Shown here in pieces: positions 9,172-17,758 of a stretch of 64,000 nt of DNA. The first letter of the stretch is position 1, and every line of letters begins with the position of its first letter. The stretch spans positions 4,031-68,030 of the forward strand of contig JBIKWZ010000006.1 of the NCBI GenBank assembly GCA_044356035.1, written 5' to 3'. A program made the position numbers and the translations under genes. The stretch is from Cyanobium sp. Its GTDB lineage: Bacteria; Cyanobacteriota; Cyanobacteriia; PCC-6307; Cyanobiaceae. The notes under the pieces are model-generated. The model searched no databases and was not told where the DNA came from. It saw nothing but the letters and a program-made list of their open reading frames with translations.

Positions 9172-9322
9172 ACCACGATCAGGTTGAACATGCCCTGGAA
9201 ATTAGAGTAGTCGTCTACCCCAGGGGTTTTGTTTTGTTAGCCCACCCATCCTTTGCCTAACCAGGCGGAGAGCTGGGGGGTGGCAGCGGCCGGGCCTAGC
9301 CTGAGCCCAAGCCCTACACCGA

Positions 9323-9508
9323 TTGCGCTTGAACAAGATCACCGGACCACTGCGCAGAGCCCTGATCTATGGCGCGATCAGCTACGGCGGGCTGGTGTTG
9401 ATAAACAACGCAGAGCTCGATCTGCCGAACATGTGGATCGCCTATCTGCCGATGTTCATCGGGGTCTATGTACTGACCCAGTGGTTGGACCGCCAGTTCG
9501 GGAACTGA
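9323..9508 (+). CDS. Small two-TM hypothetical protein
   Basis: 61-aa ORF (TTG start in the track) with coding-like codon usage and two hydrophobic segments. Start uncertain. Confidence 0.4.
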   Translation: MRLNKITGPLRRALIYGAISYGGLVLINNAELDLPNMWIAYLPMFIGVYVLTQWLDRQFGN

Positions 9509-9629
9509 GCGGGCCCGGACTCACACCCATTGGGACTCAGGTGCCCCCGTCATAGCCCTACGCCGACGGGATCTTCACAGTGGTGAGCACCGGCAGCCAA
9601 GAGTCAACGGCGCTTGGTGAATCAAGCCC

Positions 9630-10019
9630 TCAGTCTTGGCGCTCGCAGCTGTAGCGCTCGACAGTTCCGCGCAGCTGGGCGAAGTCTGGGTGATCCGGAT
9701 CGCTGGCCTGCCACCACCAGCGGCCATCGGAGTAGCTGGGCACGCCGGCGTTGTTGGTGCGGGGGAGTTGCAGACTCACGTCCCGCCAACGCAGCACCAC
9801 GAAGGCTCCTGGCACGGAGTTGGCGTTGCTGTTGGGGATATCCGCCGCATCCACCGCGCCCCTGAAGACCAAGGCTTCCAGGGGATCGCCCTCACAGAGG
9901 AACTGCTGCCCAGCACCGCTGCTCGCATCAGCGCCGGGTGCCGTCAGCAGCATCAGCAGGCTCAGGGCCATGGCAACCAGCGCATTGAGCAATGTCCTTC
10001 CCTTGCAGCAAGCTGGCAC
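9630..10019 (-). CDS. Secreted hypothetical protein, possibly MliC-like fold
   Basis: Signal peptide LLNALVAMALSLLMLLTAPGADA, paired Cys (FLCEGD ... YSCERQ), and SYSDGRWWWQ, which recalls the MliC SGAxY / W-rich strand. The family call is weak. Confidence 0.5.
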   Translation of the reverse strand: MPACCKGRTLLNALVAMALSLLMLLTAPGADASSGAGQQFLCEGDPLEALVFRGAVDAADIPNSNANSVPGAFVVLRWRDVSLQLPRTNNAGVPSYSDGRWWWQASDPDHPDFAQLRGTVERYSCERQD

Positions 10020-10138
10020 GGTTCAGCCTGGCAGCGATGCGCAGGCCGCGCAGCAGAAAGCGGCTGAGTTGTGCCAGCCGCGGGGTTGCTGAACATCGCG
10101 ATCAGTTGCTTCGCGCGAGATCCCAATCCCCAGCCACT

Positions 10139-10160
10139 AAAAAGGGCCCTTCCAGGCCCC
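10139..10160 (-). terminator. Intrinsic terminator of ssrA
   Basis: Minus strand GGGGCCUGGAAGGGCCC followed by UUUUU. Confidence 0.6.
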
Positions 10161-10425
10161 ATGGATCATTTGGGTGATAAGGCTGATCTCACCCCATCTC
10201 CCTTAAAGGGTCAGGCGGCCACGGGGGCGGTCTGACGGGAGAAACGAACGATGTTATTCGCTGTTACGGATTTGCTCTTACCGAGCAGGCTTCAGTCACC
10301 CTCCTTATACCCCGTCGAAACCATTGCAGCCCCGTTAAATGGAGCTGAGCGGAATCGAACCGCTGTCCGAAGCACTGGTGTGAGCCACCTAGTCAGGTCG
10401 AAACCGGACTGGTTCATTGTGGCAG
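10139..10425 (-). ncRNA. ssrA: Two-piece (circularly permuted) tmRNA
   Basis: Minus strand reads ...GGACAGCGGTTCGATTCCGCTCAGCTCCA (T-arm plus 3' acceptor strand, ending at 10340). After a 6-nt spacer TTTAAC comes GGGGCTGCAATGGTTTCGACGGGG (canonical tmRNA 5' end, at 10333). The acceptor stem GGGGCUG/CAGCUCC includes the G3-U pair. The tag ORF at 10261-10211 is GCG AAU AAC AUC GUU CGU UUC UCC CGU CAG ACC GCC CCC GUG GCC GCC UGA = ANNIVRFSRQTAPVAA*. The upstream (5') boundary of the acceptor piece is approximate. Confidence 0.85.
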
Positions 10426-11613
10426 CAAGCAAGGGCCAACGCAGGGGTGGGCATCACCGAACTAAACAGCACATCAATCAGCGGAATAGCGGTTGTGCCA
10501 CCGGGGCTCGAAGACGCCGCGGCTACTGAGCTCACGGCCTTGGGCTGCCAAGCCGTATCACGCCTACGCCGGGCCGTGCGCTTCCAAACAGACCTGGCTG
10601 GCTACTACCGGCTGCACCTGCAAGCCCGCCTGCCCTTCCGGCTCCTGCTTGAACTGGCTCAATTTCCCTGCCGCAGCAAGGACGAGCTCTACGACGGTGT
10701 GCAGCGCGCCGTCGACTGGAGCCGCTGGCTGCCTCCTGGCGCCACCTTCCGGGTCGATGCCACCGGCAGCGCTCCTGGCCTCAACCACAGTCACTACAGC
10801 GCCCTGCAGGTCAAAAATGCCCTGGTGGATCTGCAGCGCCAGCAGTGGGGCGCCCGCTCCTCCGTTGACCTAGACAATCCCGACCTCTCCATCCACCTGC
10901 ACCTGGGCGGCGGCGAAGCAGCCCTGAGCCTCGATGGCAGCGGCGGCAGCCTGCACCGCCGCGGCTACCGGGCTGCCATGGGCCTGGCCCCGCTCAAGGA
11001 AAACCTCGCCGCCGGCCTGATCGCCCTCACCGGCTGGGATGGCTCGGTGCCCCTGGCCGACCCCCTTTGCGGCTCCGGCACCCTGCTGATTGAGGCGGCC
11101 TGCCTGGCCCTGGGCCGGGCGCCGGGTCTGGGCCGCCACTTCGCCTTGGAGCGCTGGCCGAAGTTCGACTCCCAGCTCTGGCAGCAAGAGCGGCAAGCGG
11201 CCAGCGACCTGGCCCGAGAGACGCTCCCCAGCGGAGAAGCCCTGGCGCCCATCGTTGGCCGGGAGCAGGATCCCGGCGTGCTTGATCAAGCCCACAGCAA
11301 CGCTGAGGCTGCCGGCATCGCAAGTAGCCTGGATATGCGCCTGGGCGACTGCCGCGACTTCATGCCTCCGCCAGGGCCGGGGATCCTGGTGTGCAACCCG
11401 CCCTACGGCGAGCGCATCGGCGAGCGTGAGGGACTGGAGCCTCTCTACGCCGACCTGGGCCGCATGGTGAAGGAGCGTTGCGGCGGCTGGAGCCTGTGGC
11501 TGCTCAGTGGCAACCCGGAGCTCACCGGCGCCCTCAAAATGAAGGCCAGCCGCCGCATCCCAATCAGCAACGGCGGCATCGACTGCCGCTGGCTTCACTA
11601 TGAGGTGCGCTAA
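10417..11613 (+). CDS. THUMP-domain class I SAM-dependent RNA methyltransferase (RlmL / UPF0020-like)
   Basis: N-terminal THUMP-like region (AVVPPGLEDAAATEL...), GYRAAMGLAPLKENLAAGL, SAM motif I DPLCGSGTLLIEAA, and catalytic NPPYGERIG. The track start at 10417 abuts the ssrA promoter region; the in-frame GTG near 10447 is an alternative. Confidence 0.8.
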   Translation: MWQQARANAGVGITELNSTSISGIAVVPPGLEDAAATELTALGCQAVSRLRRAVRFQTDLAGYYRLHLQARLPFRLLLELAQFPCRSKDELYDGVQRAVDWSRWLPPGATFRVDATGSAPGLNHSHYSALQVKNALVDLQRQQWGARSSVDLDNPDLSIHLHLGGGEAALSLDGSGGSLHRRGYRAAMGLAPLKENLAAGLIALTGWDGSVPLADPLCGSGTLLIEAACLALGRAPGLGRHFALERWPKFDSQLWQQERQAASDLARETLPSGEALAPIVGREQDPGVLDQAHSNAEAAGIASSLDMRLGDCRDFMPPPGPGILVCNPPYGERIGEREGLEPLYADLGRMVKERCGGWSLWLLSGNPELTGALKMKASRRIPISNGGIDCRWLHYEVR

Positions 11614-11996
11614 CGACCCAGGACCGCCTTGGTGGTCTTGCTCAAGCCGGCGATAGTTTCCGGTAAGTAGGGGCCCTTGAGCAGCTGGCCGCCCACCCGC
11701 ACAAACACCCCGGCCAGCACCAGATCCAAAGCGGCCACCACCAAGGCGGCATGGATCCAGCTCAGCCCCTGGGCCGCGTGCAGCCACAGCAGCAGGGCCA
11801 GCTCGGCGCCGATTAGGGCCAGCAGCAGCAGGGCCAGGCCCCCGCTGAGCAGCAGGGCCCCACTGATCAAGCGCCGCTTCTCCCGATCCACCTCCTGCAG
11901 GGCAATGCGCACGTGCAGGTCCATCACGGAGGTCAGCAGGGCGCCAACCCGGCCCGCCGCCACCCTTGCCACACCGGGTGAGGTCGAATCCGTCAT
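11610..11996 (-). CDS. YqjE-like membrane protein (DUF1469 / phage-holin superfamily III-like)
   Basis: An amphipathic N-terminus, then two long TM helices (LISGALLLSGGLALLLLALIGAELALLLWL and IHAALVVAALDLVLAGVFV). ATGA overlap with the upstream gene. Family from memory. Confidence 0.55.
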   Translation of the reverse strand: MTDSTSPGVARVAAGRVGALLTSVMDLHVRIALQEVDREKRRLISGALLLSGGLALLLLALIGAELALLLWLHAAQGLSWIHAALVVAALDLVLAGVFVRVGGQLLKGPYLPETIAGLSKTTKAVLGR

Positions 11997-12415
11997 GAGG
12001 AACGCCGGCCTGAGGCCAGCAGCAGGCCTAGCAACACCCCAACGCCCGTGGCAATACCGATCGCCAGCAGCGGACGCTCCCGCACCGGCTTCTCAATGCG
12101 AGGCCGCAAGGTGCTGTTGAGCTCATCGAGCAGGTTTTCCAGCTGGGCCTCCAAGGGCGCCAGGTTGTCCGCTAGGCGGCTGGTCTGATCCCCGGCCACC
12201 TCAAGCAGCTCAAGCAACTGGTCCTTCACCGCACTAGCGGTGCGGCCAGTCTGGCTGGAAATCACCTCAACCACCTCATCAAAACTGCCCCGGGTGGCCT
12301 CCAGGGTCTGACGGGCAACGGCCGGCCACTCCCTCTGAATGGTGGGGATCAGGGTCTCAAAACGGTCGCGGAAGCCCTCTGGGCTGGCGGCGCGGGGAGG
12401 CGTTTCAGCGGTCAT
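11993..12415 (-). CDS. YqjD/ElaB-like (DUF883) tail-anchored protein
   Basis: A long helical region with a C-terminal TM anchor PLLAIGIATGVGVLLGLLLA. The gene pair mirrors E. coli yqjD-yqjE (from memory). Confidence 0.5.
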   Translation of the reverse strand: MTAETPPRAASPEGFRDRFETLIPTIQREWPAVARQTLEATRGSFDEVVEVISSQTGRTASAVKDQLLELLEVAGDQTSRLADNLAPLEAQLENLLDELNSTLRPRIEKPVRERPLLAIGIATGVGVLLGLLLASGRRSS

Positions 12416-12532
12416 GGCAGTTCTGCGGTCATGGGGAGAGGGGGCGACTGCGAAGCTCAGACCTCAAGGTAAGGAGGGGGTTGAGCTTTCGAAACCCTCC
12501 GCTACATTTCTGATGCTCGGCGCACGGGCCTG

Positions 12533-15500
12533 TTGGTACACATCAATCAGGTCGAGCTCACCCACTTCAAGTCCTTTGGCGGCTCGATCACGATCCCGCT
12601 GCAAGAAGGCTTCACTGTGGTCACGGGCCCCAACGGCTCCGGCAAAAGCAACATCCTTGATGCGGTGTTGTTTTGTCTGGGCCTAGCCAGCAGCCGCGGC
12701 ATGCGGGCAGATCGCCTGCCTGATCTAATCAACAGCGCCATGCTGCGCGAGGGCAAGGCCGCCGAAACCTCGGTGAGCGTGCGCTTCGACCTCAGTGAGT
12801 GGCAACCCGACCAGGCCGAGGCTGGCCTGGAGCCACCAGAAGAAGGGCCCTGGATCAAGCCAGGCCAACAGGAGTGGACCGTTAGCCGGCGCCTGCGGGT
12901 TGCCCCCGGCGGCACCTATGCCAGCAGCTTCAGCGCTGATGGCGTGAGTTGCAATCTGCAGCAGCTTCAGAGCCAGCTGCGGCGCCTGCGAGTGGATCCT
13001 GAAGGCAGCAATGTGGTCATGCAGGGTGACGTCACCCGCATCGTCTCCATGAGCGCCCGGGACCGGCGCGGCATCATCGACGAGCTAGCTGGTGTCGCCC
13101 TATTCGACAGCCGCATCGAACAGACCCGCGGCAAGCTTGATGAGGTGCAGGAGCGTCAGGAGCGCTGCTCAATCGTGCAGCAGGAGCTGCTCAGCTCCCG
13201 TCAGAAACTTGAGCGCGACTGCGCCAAGGCCCGCACCTATCAAGAGTTGCGCCAGCGCCACCACAACGGCCGCCTACAGGAGCAGGTGCTGGCCTTTGAA
13301 GCAGCCCAGGCGAGCCAGGCTGCCCTGCTGCAACGCAGCGCCAGCCTCGCCAGTCAGCAACAGGCTGAACGCGAGGCGATCAGCGAAGGCGAAACGGGCC
13401 TCACTGCCGCCGCCGCCGTGCTCGAGCAGCTCCAATCTGAGGTAAAGGCCCTCGGTGAAGACCAGCTGATCGCCGTGCAGGCCGAGCTGGCCGGCCTCGA
13501 GGCCAGTGGCCGCGAACTAACGCGCCAGGCAGGCAAACACCAGCTCGATGCCGAGGCCCTGCAACGCCAGCGCCACGACCTGGCCCGCACCCAGGGCGAG
13601 CTGCGCCAGCAGCAGCAAGTCCTCGAGGCCAGTTCCGACCAAGCCGCTCTCGACGACGCCGAGGCCGGCTGCCGCGCTGCCGAAGCCGCCGTGGAGCTAT
13701 CGCGCCGCCGGCTCGGCGAGGTGGCGGGGCGCTCCGGCAGTTGGTTGGAGGAACAGCAGCAGCGCAGCCGCGCCCGCCAGCAGCTGGGCGAGCAGATCGG
13801 CCCCCTGGAGGCCGAGCGGCAGCAATTACAGGAACGGCTGCGACAGCACCAGGAGCGCCTGGCCGAGCTCGGCGCCGAAGAGCAGCAGGAAGGGGCCAGC
13901 CATCGCAGTGCCCAGAAGCAACTGGAGGCCACCGAAAGCAGCTGGCAGCAGGTGCTGGAGGCCACCCGAGCGGAGCAGCAGCAGGTGCAGGAGCTGGCCG
14001 AAGCCCTGGCCCTGCAGCAGCGCACCCGCAGCCGCCTCGAGCAGGAGCAAACCCAGCTCGAGCGCGAGATCGCCCGACTAGACAGCCGCCGCGAAACCCT
14101 GCAGGAAAGCCGCGGCACCGGCGCCCTGCGGGTGCTGCTGGAGGCTGGTATGAAAGGCATCCACGGGCCGGTGGCCCAGCTCGGCGAAGTGGAGGAGCGG
14201 GTGCGCCTGGCGCTGGAAGTGGCCGCCGGCGGACGCCTCGGCCAGGTGGTGGTCGACGACGACCGCATCGCCGCCCGGGCGATAGAGCTGCTCAAAAGTC
14301 GCCGGGCAGGCCGGCTCACCTTCCTGCCGCTCAACAAGATTCGGAGTGGCTCCGGTGGCGGCTCCAGCGGTAGTGGCGGAGCCGCCCTGCAACGCGGTGG
14401 CGGCGCGGGCAGCGTTGGCCCTGCAAGCGGTGGGCTGGTGGGCAAGGCGGTGGATCTGGTGGGTTACGAGCCCGTCTACGCCGAGGTATTCCGCTACGTC
14501 TTTGGCGACACCCTGGTATTCGACAACCTGGCCAATGCCAGACGCGAACTGGGCCGCTGCCGGGCCGTGACCCTCGACGGCGAACTGCTGGAGAAGAGCG
14601 GCGCCATGACCGGCGGCAGCCTGCAACAGCGGGGCAGCCAGCTCAGCTTCGGCCGCAGCCAGGACGGCGACGAAGCCGAACCCCTGCGCCAGCGCTTGCT
14701 GGAGCTGGGCGAGAGCCTGCTGGCCTGCCGCCGCAAGGAAGCCGAGCTGGGTCAGCGGCTCGAAGCCCTACGCCCCCGGCTGCTGGAGCACCAGCAGCGC
14801 CAGGCGGGCCTGGAGGCCGAGCGCAGCGCCGCCCAGCGGGCCCTGGCCCCCCAACTGCAACGCCAGCAGCAGCTGGGCAGTCGCCTGGGCCAACTGCAGC
14901 AGGCCTTGCAGAGCGATCTGCAGCGCCAGCAGCAACTTGATTCCCTGCTGTTGCCCCTGCAGCAACAACGCATCAGCCTGGAAGAGGCCGAGGCTGCGGT
15001 GCAATCCTCCGGTGATGCGGCCCGCTGGCAGGGTCTGCAGAGCGAGCTAGAGGCAGCCGACACTGCCCTGGCCGCGGCCCGCAGCCAGCGTGATGGTCTG
15101 CTGGCGGCCCGGCGCGAACGGGCCTTAAGCGCCGAGCGCCTCAGCAACCAGCTCGAGGCCCTAAGCGCTGATGAACAGCGGCTGGTGGCCGCTGTGAACA
15201 CCCTGGTGGCGGAGCGAGCTCGCTGGAAAGAGCAGCACCAGGCGGACCAGGAGCGGCGCAGCACCTTGGCCGCCGAGCAGCAGCAGCTGCAAACCCGCTT
15301 TGGCGAAAGCCGCCGCGCCCGCGATGCCGCCGAAGCCCAGCTGGCCGCCCAGCGCCAGGCCCTGCAACAGCGCCAATGGGAACTGCAACGCCTCGGCGAG
15401 GAGCTCGAATCGCTGGCCGAACAGCAGCGTGGCGACCAGCTGCGCCTCGAACAAATGGAGCGGGAACTTCCTGAGCCGAGGCCGGAGATTCCCGCAGAAG

Positions 15501-16159
15501 TGCGGGAGGCAGGCCTCGATGCCCTAAAGGCGGAGCTGCGCAGCCTGCAGGCCCGGATGGAAGCCCTCGAACCGGTGAACATGCTCGCCCTCGAGGAGCT
15601 TGAGCAGCTCGAAACCCGCTTGGCGGAATTGGAGGAGCGGCTCGAAGTGCTCAGCAAGGAGCGCGAAGAGCTGCTGCTACGCATCGAAACCGTGGCCACC
15701 CTGCGCCAGGAGGCCTTCCTTGAAGCCTTCACAGCCGTGGATGGCCATTTCCGCACAATCTTTGAAGGGCTATCCGACGGCGAGGGGCACCTGCAGCTGG
15801 AAAATCCGGAAGCACCTCTGGAAGGTGGCCTCACCCTGGTGGCCCACCCCAAGGGCAAGGCGGTGCGGCGGCTCAACTCCATGAGTGGCGGCGAGAAATC
15901 GCTCACGGCGCTGAGCTTCCTGTTTGCCCTGCAGCGCTTCCGCCCTTCGCCCTTCTACGCATTAGATGAAGTCGACAGCTTTCTCGACGGGGTCAACGTG
16001 GAGCGCCTGGCCGCCCTGATTGCCGGCCAGGCAGACCAGGCCCAATTCATGGTGGTGAGCCACCGGCGCCCGATGATCGCCGCCGCCACCCGCACCATTG
16101 GCGTCACCCAGGCCCGAGGTGCCCACACCCAGGTGGTCGGGTTACCGCCCGCCGCCTAA
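12533..16159 (+). CDS. smc: Chromosome segregation protein SMC
   Basis: 1208 aa: VELTHFKSFGG, Walker A GPNGSGKSNILDA, long coiled coils, a hinge (GIHGPVAQLGEV...FLPLNKI), signature LSGGEKSLTALSFLFAL, and Walker B FYALDEVDSFLD. Confidence 0.95.
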   Translation: MVHINQVELTHFKSFGGSITIPLQEGFTVVTGPNGSGKSNILDAVLFCLGLASSRGMRADRLPDLINSAMLREGKAAETSVSVRFDLSEWQPDQAEAGLEPPEEGPWIKPGQQEWTVSRRLRVAPGGTYASSFSADGVSCNLQQLQSQLRRLRVDPEGSNVVMQGDVTRIVSMSARDRRGIIDELAGVALFDSRIEQTRGKLDEVQERQERCSIVQQELLSSRQKLERDCAKARTYQELRQRHHNGRLQEQVLAFEAAQASQAALLQRSASLASQQQAEREAISEGETGLTAAAAVLEQLQSEVKALGEDQLIAVQAELAGLEASGRELTRQAGKHQLDAEALQRQRHDLARTQGELRQQQQVLEASSDQAALDDAEAGCRAAEAAVELSRRRLGEVAGRSGSWLEEQQQRSRARQQLGEQIGPLEAERQQLQERLRQHQERLAELGAEEQQEGASHRSAQKQLEATESSWQQVLEATRAEQQQVQELAEALALQQRTRSRLEQEQTQLEREIARLDSRRETLQESRGTGALRVLLEAGMKGIHGPVAQLGEVEERVRLALEVAAGGRLGQVVVDDDRIAARAIELLKSRRAGRLTFLPLNKIRSGSGGGSSGSGGAALQRGGGAGSVGPASGGLVGKAVDLVGYEPVYAEVFRYVFGDTLVFDNLANARRELGRCRAVTLDGELLEKSGAMTGGSLQQRGSQLSFGRSQDGDEAEPLRQRLLELGESLLACRRKEAELGQRLEALRPRLLEHQQRQAGLEAERSAAQRALAPQLQRQQQLGSRLGQLQQALQSDLQRQQQLDSLLLPLQQQRISLEEAEAAVQSSGDAARWQGLQSELEAADTALAAARSQRDGLLAARRERALSAERLSNQLEALSADEQRLVAAVNTLVAERARWKEQHQADQERRSTLAAEQQQLQTRFGESRRARDAAEAQLAAQRQALQQRQWELQRLGEELESLAEQQRGDQLRLEQMERELPEPRPEIPAEVREAGLDALKAELRSLQARMEALEPVNMLALEELEQLETRLAELEERLEVLSKEREELLLRIETVATLRQEAFLEAFTAVDGHFRTIFEGLSDGEGHLQLENPEAPLEGGLTLVAHPKGKAVRRLNSMSGGEKSLTALSFLFALQRFRPSPFYALDEVDSFLDGVNVERLAALIAGQADQAQFMVVSHRRPMIAAATRTIGVTQARGAHTQVVGLPPAA

Positions 16160-16227
16160 GCCGCCCCTTCCCCAGCGGAGCAGGTGAGCCACAATGGGCC
16201 GACTGGGCCACGGGTACGACCCTTTCA

Positions 16228-17277
16228 TTGACCTCCTCCATCCCCCCTTCCGCTGATCCCGGGGCAACGGCTGCCGCCCCTAGCGATCGCCTCTGGTTGC
16301 GCTCCGAGCTGATGGGCACCCAGGTGATCACCCGCGACACTGGCCGCCGGCTGGGAGTGGTGGGCGAGGTGGTGGTGGACATCGACCGGCGCGAAGTGGT
16401 GGCGTTGGGCCTGCGCGACAACCCTCTGACCCGCTTCCTGCCAGGCCTGCCCCGCTGGATGCCCCTCGACCGGATCCGCCAGGTGGGCGATGTGATCCTG
16501 GTGGATTCCGCCGATTCGCTGGCCGAAGGCTTCAATCCTGGCCGTTACGGCAAGGTGATCAACTGCCAGGTGATCACCGAAGCGGGCGACCAGCTGGGCC
16601 GGGTGCTGGGCTTCAGCTTCGACATCGAAACCGGCGAGCTGGCCACCCTCGTGATCGGCGCCCTGGGAGTGCCCCTGCTGGGTGAAGGCGTGCTGAGCAC
16701 CTGGGAACTCACCGTTGAAGAGATCGTCAGCAGCGGGCCGGATCGGATCATTGTTTACGAGGGCGCCGAAGACAAGCTCAAGCAGTTGGGCTCCGGGCTG
16801 CTGGAGAAGCTTGGTATTGGTGGGCCGAGCTGGGAGCAGGAGGAGCGGGATCGCTACCGCACCGGCATGGTGCCCGTGGAAAACCAACTGGCGGCAGGCC
16901 AGCCAGCAGTGCAGGAACAGCGCCGTATCCAGCCGGCCACCAGCCAGAGCTTCGAACCCGATGAGGAGTTCGATTACGTCGAACTCGATGAGCAGCAGCG
17001 CCAACGGGAACCCCTGCGCCAGCGCCGCTACCTCGACGAGGAGGAGAGCCGCTACGAGCAACCGCGTTACGAGGAGCCACGCTACGACGAGCGTCCAGCG
17101 GAACCCAGTCGCCGCCCCCTGCAGGCCGAACCCCTGCCCAGGCAGGCACGCCCTCTAGATGCTCGACCAATAGAACCTCGCCCCCTAGAGAGGCGGCCCG
17201 CCCCCACCCCCTACCGGGAACCCCTGGATGTGGAGGCTGAAGACCTGGCCAGCAACGACCTAGACGACCCCTGGTAA
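16228..17277 (+). CDS. PRC-barrel domain protein with a repeat-rich acidic/Pro-Arg C-terminal tail
   Basis: Two PRC-barrel-like modules (LRSELMGTQVITRDTGRRLGVVGEVVVD... and KVINCQVITEAGDQLGRVLGFSFD...). The tail reads RYEQPRYEEPRYDERP...ARPLDARPIEPRPLERRP. TTG start per the track. Confidence 0.7.
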   Translation: MTSSIPPSADPGATAAAPSDRLWLRSELMGTQVITRDTGRRLGVVGEVVVDIDRREVVALGLRDNPLTRFLPGLPRWMPLDRIRQVGDVILVDSADSLAEGFNPGRYGKVINCQVITEAGDQLGRVLGFSFDIETGELATLVIGALGVPLLGEGVLSTWELTVEEIVSSGPDRIIVYEGAEDKLKQLGSGLLEKLGIGGPSWEQEERDRYRTGMVPVENQLAAGQPAVQEQRRIQPATSQSFEPDEEFDYVELDEQQRQREPLRQRRYLDEEESRYEQPRYEEPRYDERPAEPSRRPLQAEPLPRQARPLDARPIEPRPLERRPAPTPYREPLDVEAEDLASNDLDDPW

Positions 17278-17287
17278 AAAATCCCTC

Positions 17288-17731
17288 TCAGCTCGCTTTG
17301 AAGGCCAGGGACGCCGAATTGACGCAGTGGCGCTGACCGGTTGGGGCCGGGCCGTCGTTGAAGACGTGGCCAAGGTGGGCGTCGCAATTGGCGCAGCGAA
17401 TTTCGGTGCGCACCATGCCGTGGGCGTTATCGGTATGGGTGCTGATGGCAGCAGGGCTTACCCCATCCCAGAAACTGGGCCAGCCGGTACCGGAATCAAA
17501 CTTGGTGGCGCTGCTATAGAGCTCGGCATCACAGCAGATGCAGTGGTAACTGCCATTGCCCTTCTGGTTCCAGTAGGCGCCGCTGAAGGCACGCTCGGTG
17601 CCGCCCTGGCGGGCAACCCGGAACTGCTCAGGGGTCAGCTGCTGGCGCCACTGCTCTTCGCTGGCCCCGCGGGCCAAGCCACTGTCGAGGCCGCAGGCTG
17701 AAGGGTCGGAAAAACTAGCAGCGTCGGCCAT
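17288..17731 (-). CDS. msrB: Peptide-methionine (R)-S-oxide reductase
   Basis: [11 protein letters not shown]...[26 protein letters not shown]...[19 protein letters not shown]...RHCVNS has the two CxxC pairs and the catalytic Cys context. Confidence 0.92.
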   Translation of the reverse strand: MADAASFSDPSACGLDSGLARGASEEQWRQQLTPEQFRVARQGGTERAFSGAYWNQKGNGSYHCICCDAELYSSATKFDSGTGWPSFWDGVSPAAISTHTDNAHGMVRTEIRCANCDAHLGHVFNDGPAPTGQRHCVNSASLAFKAS

Positions 17732-17758
17732 CGAACTCAGCGAAAATGAGCCGCAAGC

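Larger units (their letters stand above)
6440..9250. other. Low-GC islet 1 (outer-membrane barrel, SemiSWEET, unknown membrane protein, ~1 kb non-coding gap)
   Basis: A composition drop relative to both flanks is visible by eye. No integrase, tRNA or flanking direct repeat was seen, so it is not called a mobile element. Confidence 0.55.

Noticed and set aside
10870-11787. 305-aa minus-strand ORF overlapping the THUMP methyltransferase
   Set aside because: It is antisense to a gene with clear catalytic motifs (NPPYG, SAM motif I), and its sequence is low-complexity Gly/Ala/Arg-rich.
13354-15906. Long minus-strand ORFs inside smc (13354..14445, 363 aa; 14752..15906, 384 aa) and several plus-strand off-frame ORFs
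   Set aside because: They are antisense or off-frame shadows of a well-supported 1208-aa SMC gene. Their Arg/Ser/Ala/Cys/Pro-rich composition is typical of non-coding frames in high-GC DNA, and no domain is recognisable.
16225-17061. 278-aa minus-strand ORF
   Set aside because: It is antisense to the PRC-barrel protein gene and has a low-complexity Ala/Gly/His/Leu composition.
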